DNA of 64,000 nt from the IMG/VR virus record IMGVR_UViG_2788500588_000003; one strand, written 5' to 3'. The stretch is from an uncultured virus (IMG/VR IMGVR_UViG_2788500588_000003) (taxonomy: Duplodnaviria; Heunggongvirae; Uroviricota; Caudoviricetes). The position numbers and the translations under genes are program-made. Positions 19,664-28,482 of this stretch are shown piece by piece (position 1 is the first letter of the stretch; each line of letters opens with the position of its first letter). Under the pieces are notes generated by a model. The model was given only the letters and a program-made list of their open reading frames with translations, was not told the origin of the DNA and made no database searches.

Positions 19664-20817
19664 ATGGGATATGTACGAAAAATAAGTAAGAATAAATTCA
19701 TACTTATCGCAGATTTAGGTTATATCGCCGTATTAGAAGAACCAGAAATGTAGAAGCCAAAAACGAAAATGAAGCGATGCTGTTATTAATACTGTTTGAA
19801 GAAAAAATGAAGCAAAATAAGGATTTTTATTTTAGGATATTGAATCTATTACATTAAATCACCTTTTTCCACGATGGAAAGATAATTATGCTAAACAACA
19901 TTATAGTGCACAATCATTTCATGATAACTGTACGTATTTAGAGAAACGCATTCTTACTATTTTTGGTGATATCAAATTAAAGTAGATGTAGTGTTTTTTG
20001 TAGGTGATTTACAGAAGAAAAAACGGAGATTAGACGGCAAAGAAAGCGAGTTAGCCCCTCCCACTATCCATAATATTTACAAGTGTGATTCGCTAGCATT
20101 ATAAATGTAACTGTTGAGTGGATTTTAATCGAAGAGAGTCCTTGTAAAAATATAAAACTACCAAAACTCAAATATGGAGAAGGTGAAGCCTACAGCGAGG
20201 AACAAGTTAAATTATTGTTTGAACAGTTAAATAATAGAGAGATTGCAAAAAAGCGATTGTTAGTTGAACTGGCTGTGGTAAGTGCTGCTCGACAAGGTGA
20301 ACTGGTTACCATTGAAGAAAAACATTTAAACGTAGAAAACAATACCTTATTAATAGAACAAGCTTTAGTTAATTTAACTGGAGATGGGATTATCGTAAAA
20401 GAAACAAAAGGTAAAAGAAAACGAGTAGTTACTATTCCTTCAGATATTGTGAATGATTTATTTACGCTTCTGCAGGGAAAAAATATCAACTAGAAGAGGC
20501 TAGCGAGAATCAGTATGGGTAGGGCATACGTTTCTTTTTTCAAATGAGTTTGGCAAACCTTATCGACCTCATTCAATAAGTCAGTGGTGAGATCGTTTTA
20601 TGAAAAGGAATCTAGATATGCCTAGAATTCGTTCCATTATTTAAGACATACTTCGGCTACCCTATTAACTCATGCTGGTGAACATCCAAAAGTCATTCAA
20701 TCTAGATTAGGTCAATCTTATATCACAACTATCATGAATACTTATGGACATCTTTTACAAGAAACGGATCAGCGAGCCAGTTCCCACTTTGATAAACTTT
20801 TTGATGATAAAGATTGA
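19664..20817 (+). pseudogene. Tyrosine integrase, decayed
   Basis: Fragments ARQGEL, KETKGK and HYLRHTSATLL...RLGQS...TYGHL, with several frameshifts and stops. Confidence 0.9.
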
Positions 20818-20840
20818 TTGGGCACCTCTTGGGCACCAAA
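20818..20840. repeat. TTGGGCACC direct repeat, putative integrase arm-type sites
   Basis: ttgggcacc-tc-ttgggcacc between integrase and att core. Confidence 0.6.
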
Positions 20841-20869
20841 TAAAGAATTATACATTCTTGCATAAAAAC

Positions 20870-20908
20870 AAAAAGCCTTACAACCGTTGTGGCTGTAAGG
20901 CTTTGTTT
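20870..20908 (-). terminator. Terminator downstream of the tRNA 3' end
   Basis: AAAGCCTTACA...TGTAAGGCTTT hairpin. Confidence 0.7.
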
Positions 20909-20910
20909 GA

Positions 20911-20954
20911 CGTCCCAGGAGGGATTCGAACCCCCGACCGACGGCTTAGAAGGC
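20911..20954 (-). tRNA. 3' half of tRNA-Arg(TCT), att core duplicate; not a complete tRNA
   Basis: Minus strand GCCTTCTAAGCCGTCGGTCGGGGGTTCGAATCCCTCCTGGGACG: anticodon loop, T-arm and acceptor 3' strand; D-arm and 5' strand absent. Confidence 0.9.
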
Positions 20955-21075
20955 TGTCGTACCTCATTTATACATTAATATAAGCTTATATAAGCCTATT
21001 AAAATAACGGTTTTAATTGCTTCTATATTAAACTTGTTCACAAATCTTTTATCTACTTATCTAGTTTTATTTCTG

Positions 21076-21097
21076 TTTGGGCAAATTTTGGGCAAAT
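21076..21097. repeat. TTTGGGCAAAT tandem repeat, putative arm-type sites
   Basis: tttgggcaaat twice, ~120 bp from the att core. Confidence 0.6.
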
Positions 21098-21183
21098 ATA
21101 TAAGCTGTGCTGACAACCCTTACCAATATTGATACAATTTTATTGTATTACCAACAAGCTATAAGGAAGGAGGAAATAAAAAT

Positions 21184-22155
21184 ATGTATGCAGTAGAACA
21201 AATAAAAGAATATCTAAAACCAGAAGGTTGGGTACTTTTAAATAATTTCAAAAAAGAGATTAACCTTATTGGTGAACAAGTAGATGATGATGAAATCGTA
21301 GAAGGTGTCGCTATTCTTGTGCGTGGTATTGGTGGACTCAAACAATATCTTGGAGTTCTAACTTCAAAGAGATTTTTAACTACTGATAAACAAAAGAAAT
21401 TTATCGGCTTTAATTTCAATGATATCCATAAATTTACTACCAATAAAAAGATTACTTCTACTGAAATAAGCTTTGCCTATAATACTGAAGCTATTTCAAT
21501 CAACATCCTTTCAGATGATTTGGGTAAACGATTCTTAAAAGATCTACAAGATAAACTTGGCATCATTTCGGATACTCCAAGTGAAAAGAATGATACAGAA
21601 ACTAGAGAAATTGTTCGCGTTATGAAAACAATCAAGATGAACATAGAAATACTTAATGGAAAAGAACAATTAAAACAAAATGGTTCAGGCTATAAGTTAG
21701 CACAAGCCAAGCCTGGTACTGTGGAGATATCAGTTGATTATCATGATGCTGAAACGTTTAAACTTGTGAAATGGGAACGAGTAGAAAATGTCCAAAAGAG
21801 TGCCTCTAGTATAGTTGGTTGGACAGTAATTGGCAGTAAATTTGGCAATGCTGGAGCTATAGCTGGAGCCATGGGGGCTAATATCGGGAAAGATAAATCA
21901 GTAGCCACACTTTTCTTAAAGCGTGAAAACGGAGAAAAAGTACCTCTAGTCATTAAGTGTGATAAGAAGGACCTTGAAAAGCTTTCATTATTAATTCTTG
22001 CTGAAGAGGAAGAGACTAACCAAGCAACTGTCACTCCCCCTCCCACAACATCAATCCCTACAGAAGAATTGATTAAACTAAAAGAACTCTTAGATGTAGG
22101 AATCTTAACTCAGGAAGAATTTGATGCAAAGAAAAAGCAATTATTGGGTATCTAA
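21184..22155 (+). CDS. Bacterial PH-like domain plus SHOCT domain protein
   Basis: GVLTSKRFL (PH-like), Gly-rich GAIAGA segment, C-terminal EELIKLKELLDVGILTQEEFDAKKKQLLGI (SHOCT). Confidence 0.8.
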   Translation: MYAVEQIKEYLKPEGWVLLNNFKKEINLIGEQVDDDEIVEGVAILVRGIGGLKQYLGVLTSKRFLTTDKQKKFIGFNFNDIHKFTTNKKITSTEISFAYNTEAISINILSDDLGKRFLKDLQDKLGIISDTPSEKNDTETREIVRVMKTIKMNIEILNGKEQLKQNGSGYKLAQAKPGTVEISVDYHDAETFKLVKWERVENVQKSASSIVGWTVIGSKFGNAGAIAGAMGANIGKDKSVATLFLKRENGEKVPLVIKCDKKDLEKLSLLILAEEEETNQATVTPPPTTSIPTEELIKLKELLDVGILTQEEFDAKKKQLLGI

Positions 22156-22177
22156 ATCCCTAAGTGATTTGCTAAGT

Positions 22178-22396
22178 TTAAACCATTTTCGTTTTCTCAT
22201 ATATTTGGTTTACATATACTAATTCGCTAGGTATATGTACTGTATTAAAGTGTTGTTCGGTACTTGTGAGGAATGCTATTAAGAATTCATCTAGAGAGTC
22301 GTATCTTAATAGATCGATACCTTGAGTGTTTCTAATTTCTTCAAACATTGATGTAAAAGATGTTAAAGAACGTGGTTTGTCTTGTGTTTCATTCAT
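22178..22396 (-). CDS. Hypothetical protein
   Basis: 72-aa ORF with strong GGAGGAG RBS. Confidence 0.55.
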   Translation of the reverse strand: MNETQDKPRSLTSFTSMFEEIRNTQGIDLLRYDSLDEFLIAFLTSTEQHFNTVHIPSELVYVNQIYEKTKMV

Positions 22397-22549
22397 ATGC
22401 TCCTCCTATGGGAGTAACATCTACTTCATAAAGTAACATCAATATGTTACAATCTATTAGACAATAAGATGTATGAGTAGATGTTACTCAAATTCATATC
22501 ACGATCTAAGTTGGCGCTTAGATTGTGATTTTTTATTTACTTCAGACAT

Positions 22550-23359
22550 TTATGATACACCTTGGCCTGTTAGAATTGGAATTAACTCACCAAACTTAGA
22601 TGGATAATACAATGGCTGTGTTTCTTTTGGGTTTTGAGGGCTGATTGCATTCAAGCCATAATATTTTCCTTTTTCTGTAACAGACTTAAATTCTTTTTTT
22701 CCACCCTTTGATGATGGTCGATGTTTAATCTCAAGGATTCCAACGGTAAGAAGGATTTTGTTTGCCTTAACTGCGCTTATACCTAAGTTATATTCCTTAA
22801 GTAATTCGGAAATCGGTTTCTTTAACTCTTCATTTTCAACATATACAGGTAGATGATTTGTTGGCACGCCGTGCTGGTTATGTGCAGCTTCAAGCATTTT
22901 GATTTTTGATGGCTCGTCTACACGCAATATTTCAGTGGCATATTTTACACCAATTAGATGTTTTTCAAAATCTACAGCGTTTTTGTTAAACTGTGTAGAA
23001 TGATTTAAAACTTGCTCCATTTCCTCAAATCGAGTGACATACATAGCAGTAAATAGAACACCCTTTTCTCCAGTCATTTTATTGGCTACCATGTCACAAC
23101 CTTTTCGTGTAAGCAAATAGCAAGGACGGATTTCTCCTTTTTCATCTGTATAGTTATGTGTGATAAAAAAATCAGACGAACGGAATTTTCCGTTTGTTAA
23201 ATGTGTAATGTATCCTGTAACCTTTTTGCTTCCTCCGATTTTTTCTAATAAATCGGAATGTCTTATTCCTACCATTTCGGCCACATCTCGACTATCTGTT
23301 ACTAATTGACCGTTGAATGAAACTACTTTTAATTGACTCATATAAAAGTTTTCCTCCAA
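22550..23359 (-). CDS. Rha family regulator / antirepressor
   Basis: DSRDVAEMV...CYLLTRKGCDMVANKMTGEKGVLFTA.YV.RF.EME; KilAC-like C-terminus. Confidence 0.9.
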   Translation of the reverse strand: MEENFYMSQLKVVSFNGQLVTDSRDVAEMVGIRHSDLLEKIGGSKKVTGYITHLTNGKFRSSDFFITHNYTDEKGEIRPCYLLTRKGCDMVANKMTGEKGVLFTAMYVTRFEEMEQVLNHSTQFNKNAVDFEKHLIGVKYATEILRVDEPSKIKMLEAAHNQHGVPTNHLPVYVENEELKKPISELLKEYNLGISAVKANKILLTVGILEIKHRPSSKGGKKEFKSVTEKGKYYGLNAISPQNPKETQPLYYPSKFGELIPILTGQGVS

Positions 23360-23363
23360 TTCT

Positions 23364-23678
23364 CTAAGAAATTAATAATCTTTCTAAAACTTCTTTTGGG
23401 ATTTTTTCTCGATAAGCTGCTACTTTCAATTCCATAGGATCGATGTCTAACACTTTTGCTAGAGCATTATTAACTTCTTCACTTGCTGGCGTTTTTTTAC
23501 CATTTTTAAGTTTGGATAAATAAGAAGGATCTACAACAACCCCATAGTTCTTCATCATTTTCGAAATATACTTTAGAGACATCTGCTTTTCAGCAATAGA
23601 TTCACTAACTATTTTATGATAACTCACCTTTTTCACCTCTTTCAAAGTCACTAGTGACAAAAAAGTCACTCTTTTCAT
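23364..23678 (-). CDS. XRE HTH regulator (Cro-like), paralogue of the neighbouring repressor N-domain
   Basis: SYLSKLKNGKKTPASEEVNNALA; probable GTG start ~23627. Confidence 0.85.
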   Translation of the reverse strand: MKRVTFLSLVTLKEVKKVSYHKIVSESIAEKQMSLKYISKMMKNYGVVVDPSYLSKLKNGKKTPASEEVNNALAKVLDIDPMELKVAAYREKIPKEVLERLLIS

Positions 23679-23741
23679 TTGACTAAATAGTACCAGCTAG
23701 TGACAAATAAGTCAACATCCATTTGTGACTTACTTGTCTAC
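23654..23741. promoter_or_regulatory. Operators GTGAC-N6-GTC(A/T)
   Basis: Copies at 23654, 23700 and 23725 between divergent regulators. Confidence 0.7.
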
Positions 23742-23788
23742 CTATTGAATTTAATGTCAACACTCTTTATTATTAATGATTAAGGAGA

Positions 23789-24700
23789 GTGAACGATTTG
23801 AATTATGCAGATTTACTTTCAAAATATATAGATGAAAGCAAAATGAGTTTAGGCGAAATATCTATACAAATGAAAGAGAAAAATCATCCAATAGATAGAT
23901 CCTATATAAGCAAATTAAAAAATGGTACAAGACCCCCTGCGTCAGAAAAGGTTAATAGAGCTTTAGCTGAAGTTTTAGGAGGAGATCCGGACAAATTAAT
24001 CACTGCTGGCTATATAGAAAAAGCACCTAAAGAAGTTCAAGAACTTATATCTAATTATGTTGACAAGATAGACACATACACAGCTATAGTTGCTTCGTTC
24101 TTCTCTGAGTCAGATCAATTAGAACAGGTGAAAAATATTTATGAAAATCTTAAAAACCTTCCTATAGAAGATCGCTTAGATTTTATAATAAATAAATTTA
24201 ATCGTATGATTGTAGCACGCCCTGATTTTCTTGAAGATATAGGTTTATCTACTGGAGTACCATCTGACAGTATAGAAAAGACAATTAAAATCTATACAGA
24301 AAAACCTCTTAGTCGCATTGAAGTTTGGGATACCATTAAAGATGAAGCCTATCATGAATGGATTGCAGCCAATAAAATTCCTTTTGGTGAATATATTTAT
24401 ATCATTTATCACGATGATAGTATGATAAATGTAAAGATCAACAAAGGTTCCAAAGTATTGATAAAACTAATTGAAACTGAGTCAGAAGAAAGTGAAAATA
24501 TAGATAATATTGAATCTGGAAAACTTTATGCTCTAGTTTATCGAGAAGAAATTTATATTAGACGTGTATTTTTACAAGGTGATAGTATAACTTTGCAGGC
24601 TGAGAATTCCGAAATCCCTCCTATGATAATAAACGATTTAAAAGATATAGAATTTATTGGAACTGTAGTTTCGGTTGAATTCAATCCCAATGAACAATAA
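23789..24700 (+). CDS. XRE HTH plus S24-like (CI/LexA) repressor
   Basis: N-terminal HTH; C-terminal DDSM...G..VLI...LQAEN..PP.I peptidase-S24-like fold. Confidence 0.85.
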   Translation: MNDLNYADLLSKYIDESKMSLGEISIQMKEKNHPIDRSYISKLKNGTRPPASEKVNRALAEVLGGDPDKLITAGYIEKAPKEVQELISNYVDKIDTYTAIVASFFSESDQLEQVKNIYENLKNLPIEDRLDFIINKFNRMIVARPDFLEDIGLSTGVPSDSIEKTIKIYTEKPLSRIEVWDTIKDEAYHEWIAANKIPFGEYIYIIYHDDSMINVKINKGSKVLIKLIETESEESENIDNIESGKLYALVYREEIYIRRVFLQGDSITLQAENSEIPPMIINDLKDIEFIGTVVSVEFNPNEQ

Positions 24701-24982
24701 AAAATCTACTATTGTTTACTATATTTAACCTCTTCTATCTTGATAGTTTGAATCTCAAAGTCTTAAGAAATCATAGAAATTTTTTTAATCACTCCTAACA
24801 ATCCTTTGTTATAAGTCAACAATCTTTTGTTAACTGCTTCCTTAATTGAAGCAGTTTTTTTAAAACAAAAATCGTAATCAATTTACAATCCTCCACCACC
24901 AGGAAAGTATTCTAACATCCTTTTCTCAGACAGATTTTTTTAGATGCCATTTTAAACTTCTTTAAAGATATACTCAATGATA

Positions 24983-24996
24983 AGAACATACGTTCT
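24983..24996. promoter_or_regulatory. LexA box
   Basis: AGAACATACGTTCT; target unclear. Confidence 0.6.
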
Positions 24997-25054
24997 TTTA
25001 CAATGATAAAAAAATAGCCAAATAGGCAAATTGATTCTTTGACAAACTCTATGA

Positions 25055-25390
25055 CTAACGTTCTTTCATCACACACTTTTCCTCGTTATTAAGTAAATGA
25101 CTTATTCCAAGATAGATTTTCATCAGCACTTTTTTTCGAATAACATAAATCATCTGCTGGCTGTAATTCATTTCTTGGGCTACCTTAACTATTGTCCACC
25201 CATTTATGTACCTATAGTTTATAAATGCAACTTCTTTTTCTGGCAATATGCTTAACAATTCATCAATACATATTGCTATTCTTTGATCTATAGTCAATTC
25301 CCCTACTCTTTCTTTACTAATGTAAGGGTACATTTTTAGATGTTCTTCTACTAATTTATCAACTTCACGAGCGTTCGTTTTCATATCCAA
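25055..25390 (-). CDS. ArpU / sigma region-4-like transcriptional regulator
   Basis: LPEKE..FI.YRY..GWT..KVA.EMNYS....Y..RKK. Confidence 0.7.
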   Translation of the reverse strand: MDMKTNAREVDKLVEEHLKMYPYISKERVGELTIDQRIAICIDELLSILPEKEVAFINYRYINGWTIVKVAQEMNYSQQMIYVIRKKVLMKIYLGISHLLNNEEKCVMKER

Positions 25391-25435
25391 TTTCCCCTTG
25401 CCCTATATGTTTGCCCTTTTTGATTTAGCCTCTGT

Positions 25436-25600
25436 TTAGCCCTTACTCCTGGATCTTGAGTTCTTAAGTTCATTTGTTAAATTAACAATAGCAATTTCTA
25501 TGTTTTTCATACTCTTGTCCAATTTAACAAGTAAAAATGTAGAAACAACAACTGGAAAGCCCAATTCCATTATTGATTTAGATAACTCTACATACTCCAT
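25436..25600 (-). CDS. YvrJ-like small membrane protein, 54 aa
   Basis: Hand translation MEYVELSKSIMELGFPVVVSTFLLVKLDKSMKNIEIAIVNL...; GGAGGTG RBS. Confidence 0.7.
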   Translation of the reverse strand: MEYVELSKSIMELGFPVVVSTFLLVKLDKSMKNIEIAIVNLTNELKNSRSRSKG

Positions 25601-25616
25601 GCAAACCACCTCCACG

Positions 25617-25630
25617 AGAACATAGGTTCT
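25617..25630. promoter_or_regulatory. LexA box
   Basis: AGAACATAGGTTCT immediately upstream of the YvrJ-like RBS. Confidence 0.7.
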
Positions 25631-25701
25631 CTTTTACTCAACTTTATTATACTGTATACTTAATGTTGTTTTCAAATTTTTACATTTAAGGGAGAGATAA
25701 T

Positions 25702-25992
25702 GTGAGCCCAGAACAAATAACACAGATTTATTCGTTTTACTTCTTAACCACACCAATTTTAGTAAGGTTAATAGTATTTAATTTTATTTTTAAAGAGCAT
25801 AAACATTTAATGGTTATTTTATTAGATTCATTCGTTATAATATCAACAACTATTTGGTTAATACTGATTAGAGATGTAATATTACCTCTACCTTCAATAA
25901 CTTTAAATGGTTCTATTGTACTTTTTATAATTTTGATTATTGACATAGCTTTTAATTTTAATCGATTAAAAAAAGCAAAAGCACTTAATTAA
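25702..25992 (+). CDS. Small membrane protein (~3 TM)
   Basis: Hydrophobic 96-aa ORF, AAGGGAG RBS. Confidence 0.65.
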   Translation: MSPEQITQIYSFYFLTTPILVRLIVFNFIFKEHKHLMVILLDSFVIISTTIWLILIRDVILPLPSITLNGSIVLFIILIIDIAFNFNRLKKAKALN

Positions 25993-26014
25993 TCATTAAG
26001 TGCTTTTCTTTTAT

Positions 26015-26648
26015 TTATTTTGGATAAGTGATATATTTAGCAACTGTTGGCGCTGAAGTGTAAGTACCACCACTAAATGAATTACCAAATTTATCTTTAT
26101 AAGGTTTTTGAACAAACTTGACTACTGTTTGTACCCCCCTATAACAGGTGTATAGGTTGTCGTCAGAGTATCACCTACTCGTGGTTTAGGGAATGTAATT
26201 TTTGTTGATGCAGCTTGTCTTGTACCAAAGTATATAGAAATAACAGAACCCAACATCGCAGCATACATTCCAATACCTGTGATAACTCCTAATAGGAACA
26301 TTTCACCATCTTCAACTTTTTCACATCCGCTGCTTTGTATGTGTATTTCTTTTCCTTTACAGCTTTTAAGAATACATTGCGATAAATAAAGTCGTATGTT
26401 TGACCATTGTTAGACTTAATATGAACTTTATATTCGCCAAAGTACGGAACTTCAAATGTGAAAGATCCCTTTTTAACATCTTGGTTATATGTCTTAGAAT
26501 AAACAATTTGACCATCACCAGGACGTTGGACGTCGATACGACCATTATAACCAATACCACCACTACGACTCCATGATACTTTTAAACTCTTCTCGCCTGT
26601 TTGTGAAACGCTTAAATTAAAATCAGTATTTCCATTATTAATTGACAT
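26015..26648 (-). pseudogene. Beta-rich protein with hydrophobic hairpin, broken by two homopolymer frameshifts
   Basis: Adding one base at T5 (26317-21) and one at C6 (26134-39) gives a continuous 211-aa ORF. Confidence 0.65.
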
Positions 26649-26808
26649 AAATAATTTCCTCCTTGTGTTGTTTAATTGGTACATCTTAATAATAGGCTTT
26701 CCATGATGCCTAAAACTCTGTAAAAAATACATAATTATTCCAGTTAATATCTATCAAAACTCTATATAAGCAAAAAAATAACCAGGTACTCATTCGAGTT
26801 CCTGGTTT

Positions 26809-27708
26809 TTAGTATATTTCTTCAGGTACTTTATCAAAATTAAATCCTTTAAAGGATACAATTCGTAGTGACCCAGTATTTGTTTTCTCAAGATATTGAA
26901 CTTTGCAGCACAGTATGGGTTCCACCCACATCATATCTCGTTCTACTTTGGTAACGATTTGTTTAGCTATTTCTCTGAATGCAGTTTTTTCTTCTGGCTT
27001 TAATCCAAATTCTACATTTGCGAGTGGTTTGTACTTACCGTTAATTTGAGTACCCACCAACATTGTAAATGGATTTTCTTTATAGCCTAAGATAACAGTA
27101 TCTATGATTTTAAAGTGTTTATATTTTAACCAATCATGCGATCTATGATTAGTTTTGTATGTTGAATTACTTCGCTTACCTACAATACCCTCCATGGTAC
27201 GTTCTTTAGTTAACTGAAAGATATTGCTACCGTTGCCCCCAATTGATGGTGTGACAAGTAAATTGCTTGATGGTTCAATAATCGACGACAGTATTTCCTT
27301 ACGCTCAACTAATGGCTTGTTTGTATGAGTTTTATCAGTCGCTAGTACATCAAAAGCAATGAATGTAGCTGGGTGAGTTAAAGTAGCCTGCTGAATCTTA
27401 CTCGTATTAGAAAGTCTGCCCCTGAATGCAAAATCATCAAATACAGATACACCATTTCGAAGAACTACACCTTCACAGTCAATAATTGCTGTATGTGACT
27501 GAATTGAACGGCCAACCTCTTGAAGTTCAGGAAACTTAGCTGTCACATTATTACCATGACGGGTAAAAGCCTCGACTCTATCCCCTTCTTTATGCAAAAG
27601 GATGCGCCAACCATCCCATTTTATATCGTAAATCCATTCAGGATTGTCATCTATTTCATTGTTGTTACCCATCTGAAGTAACATTGGTTTTATTGGAGTA
27701 AATAACAT
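26809..27708 (-). CDS. ATP-dependent DNA ligase (LigD-type ligase domain)
   Basis: KWDGWR adenylation motif, DCEGV, AFDVL, EGIVGK and WLKYK motifs. Confidence 0.93.
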   Translation of the reverse strand: MLFTPIKPMLLQMGNNNEIDDNPEWIYDIKWDGWRILLHKEGDRVEAFTRHGNNVTAKFPELQEVGRSIQSHTAIIDCEGVVLRNGVSVFDDFAFRGRLSNTSKIQQATLTHPATFIAFDVLATDKTHTNKPLVERKEILSSIIEPSSNLLVTPSIGGNGSNIFQLTKERTMEGIVGKRSNSTYKTNHRSHDWLKYKHFKIIDTVILGYKENPFTMLVGTQINGKYKPLANVEFGLKPEEKTAFREIAKQIVTKVERDMMWVEPILCCKVQYLEKTNTGSLRIVSFKGFNFDKVPEEIY

Positions 27709-27785
27709 TGTATATCCCTCCTTAATCTACATTATCTCATGTTAGTTAAGACAAGAATACATGTAAATCAAGGGATTGATGGCAA

Positions 27786-28139
27786 TTACAATTTCATCTT
27801 CTTATTAATATGATTAATCAACAACTTTTCCACTTGGGTCTTCAACGCTTGGTTTGCATACCTAAGTACAACATCATTACCAGCTGTTGCTATTTGTACG
27901 TCACTGAAATATTCATCTACATTAGTCCATCCTATGACCCGTATCTTTTGTTGCGCCAGTTGCCTTTTGAGATCAAAATATTCTTGGCGCAAATTTTTTA
28001 AAAGGGAATCCATCAGCGGAAGAAATACAACTTTCATTTTAAATTGCTCTGTTTTTTGATAATCAATCTGTAAGGACCTCACTGCTAGTTCAATTAGTAA
28101 GTATTTGTGTAAAAGCTGGCGTTGGTCAGGTTTAATCAT
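27786..28139 (-). CDS. Hypothetical protein in SOS cassette
   Basis: 117-aa ORF overlapping the YolD-like stop. Confidence 0.7.
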   Translation of the reverse strand: MIKPDQRQLLHKYLLIELAVRSLQIDYQKTEQFKMKVVFLPLMDSLLKNLRQEYFDLKRQLAQQKIRVIGWTNVDEYFSDVQIATAGNDVVLRYANQALKTQVEKLLINHINKKMKL

Positions 28140-28470
28140 AATAATCAGCTTCTAATTGAGCTGACTGTATGTTTTGAATTGAAATTCGTTTTGTTTTAAG
28201 TAGTGTGTCAAGTAAGAGTTCATTAGTATTAAAATTAATTGTTTTGATAGTTCCAGTCCATTGTATGATTCTGTTGTCTTTCCATACTTCTAATTTAATG
28301 TCTAGTTGTTGACTATACGCTTGATCAATTGTTTGTTGTATTTCTTCGAGTTCCCAATCAGCTAGTTCTCTAGGCTGCTCTGTGAAGCCTTTTTTGTAAT
28401 CCCTAAGTCCATCCAAATGTTCAGGCATCATCATGGATGCCCACTTAATATTACCTCTGTCTTTTATCAT
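28132..28470 (-). CDS. YolD-like protein
   Basis: DRGNIKWASMMMPEH signature. Confidence 0.9.
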   Translation of the reverse strand: MIKDRGNIKWASMMMPEHLDGLRDYKKGFTEQPRELADWELEEIQQTIDQAYSQQLDIKLEVWKDNRIIQWTGTIKTINFNTNELLLDTLLKTKRISIQNIQSAQLEADYYD

Positions 28471-28482
28471 CTAAATCACTCC

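Larger units (their letters stand above)
808..20817. mobile_element. Headless PBSX/Xkd-like contractile-tail element (defective prophage / putative R-type tailocin)
   Basis: Lysis, fibre, baseplate, TMP, tube, sheath and tail terminator genes, then directly the late promoter and regulators; no head or packaging genes; integrase pseudogene next to tRNA fragment. Confidence 0.85.

Noticed and set aside
20744..20983. 79-aa ORF across the integrase end and tRNA fragment
   Set aside because: Reads through the terminator and the antisense of the tRNA; spurious
20911..20985. Functional tRNA-Arg gene
   Set aside because: The 5' acceptor strand and D-arm are missing; only the att-type 3' fragment is present
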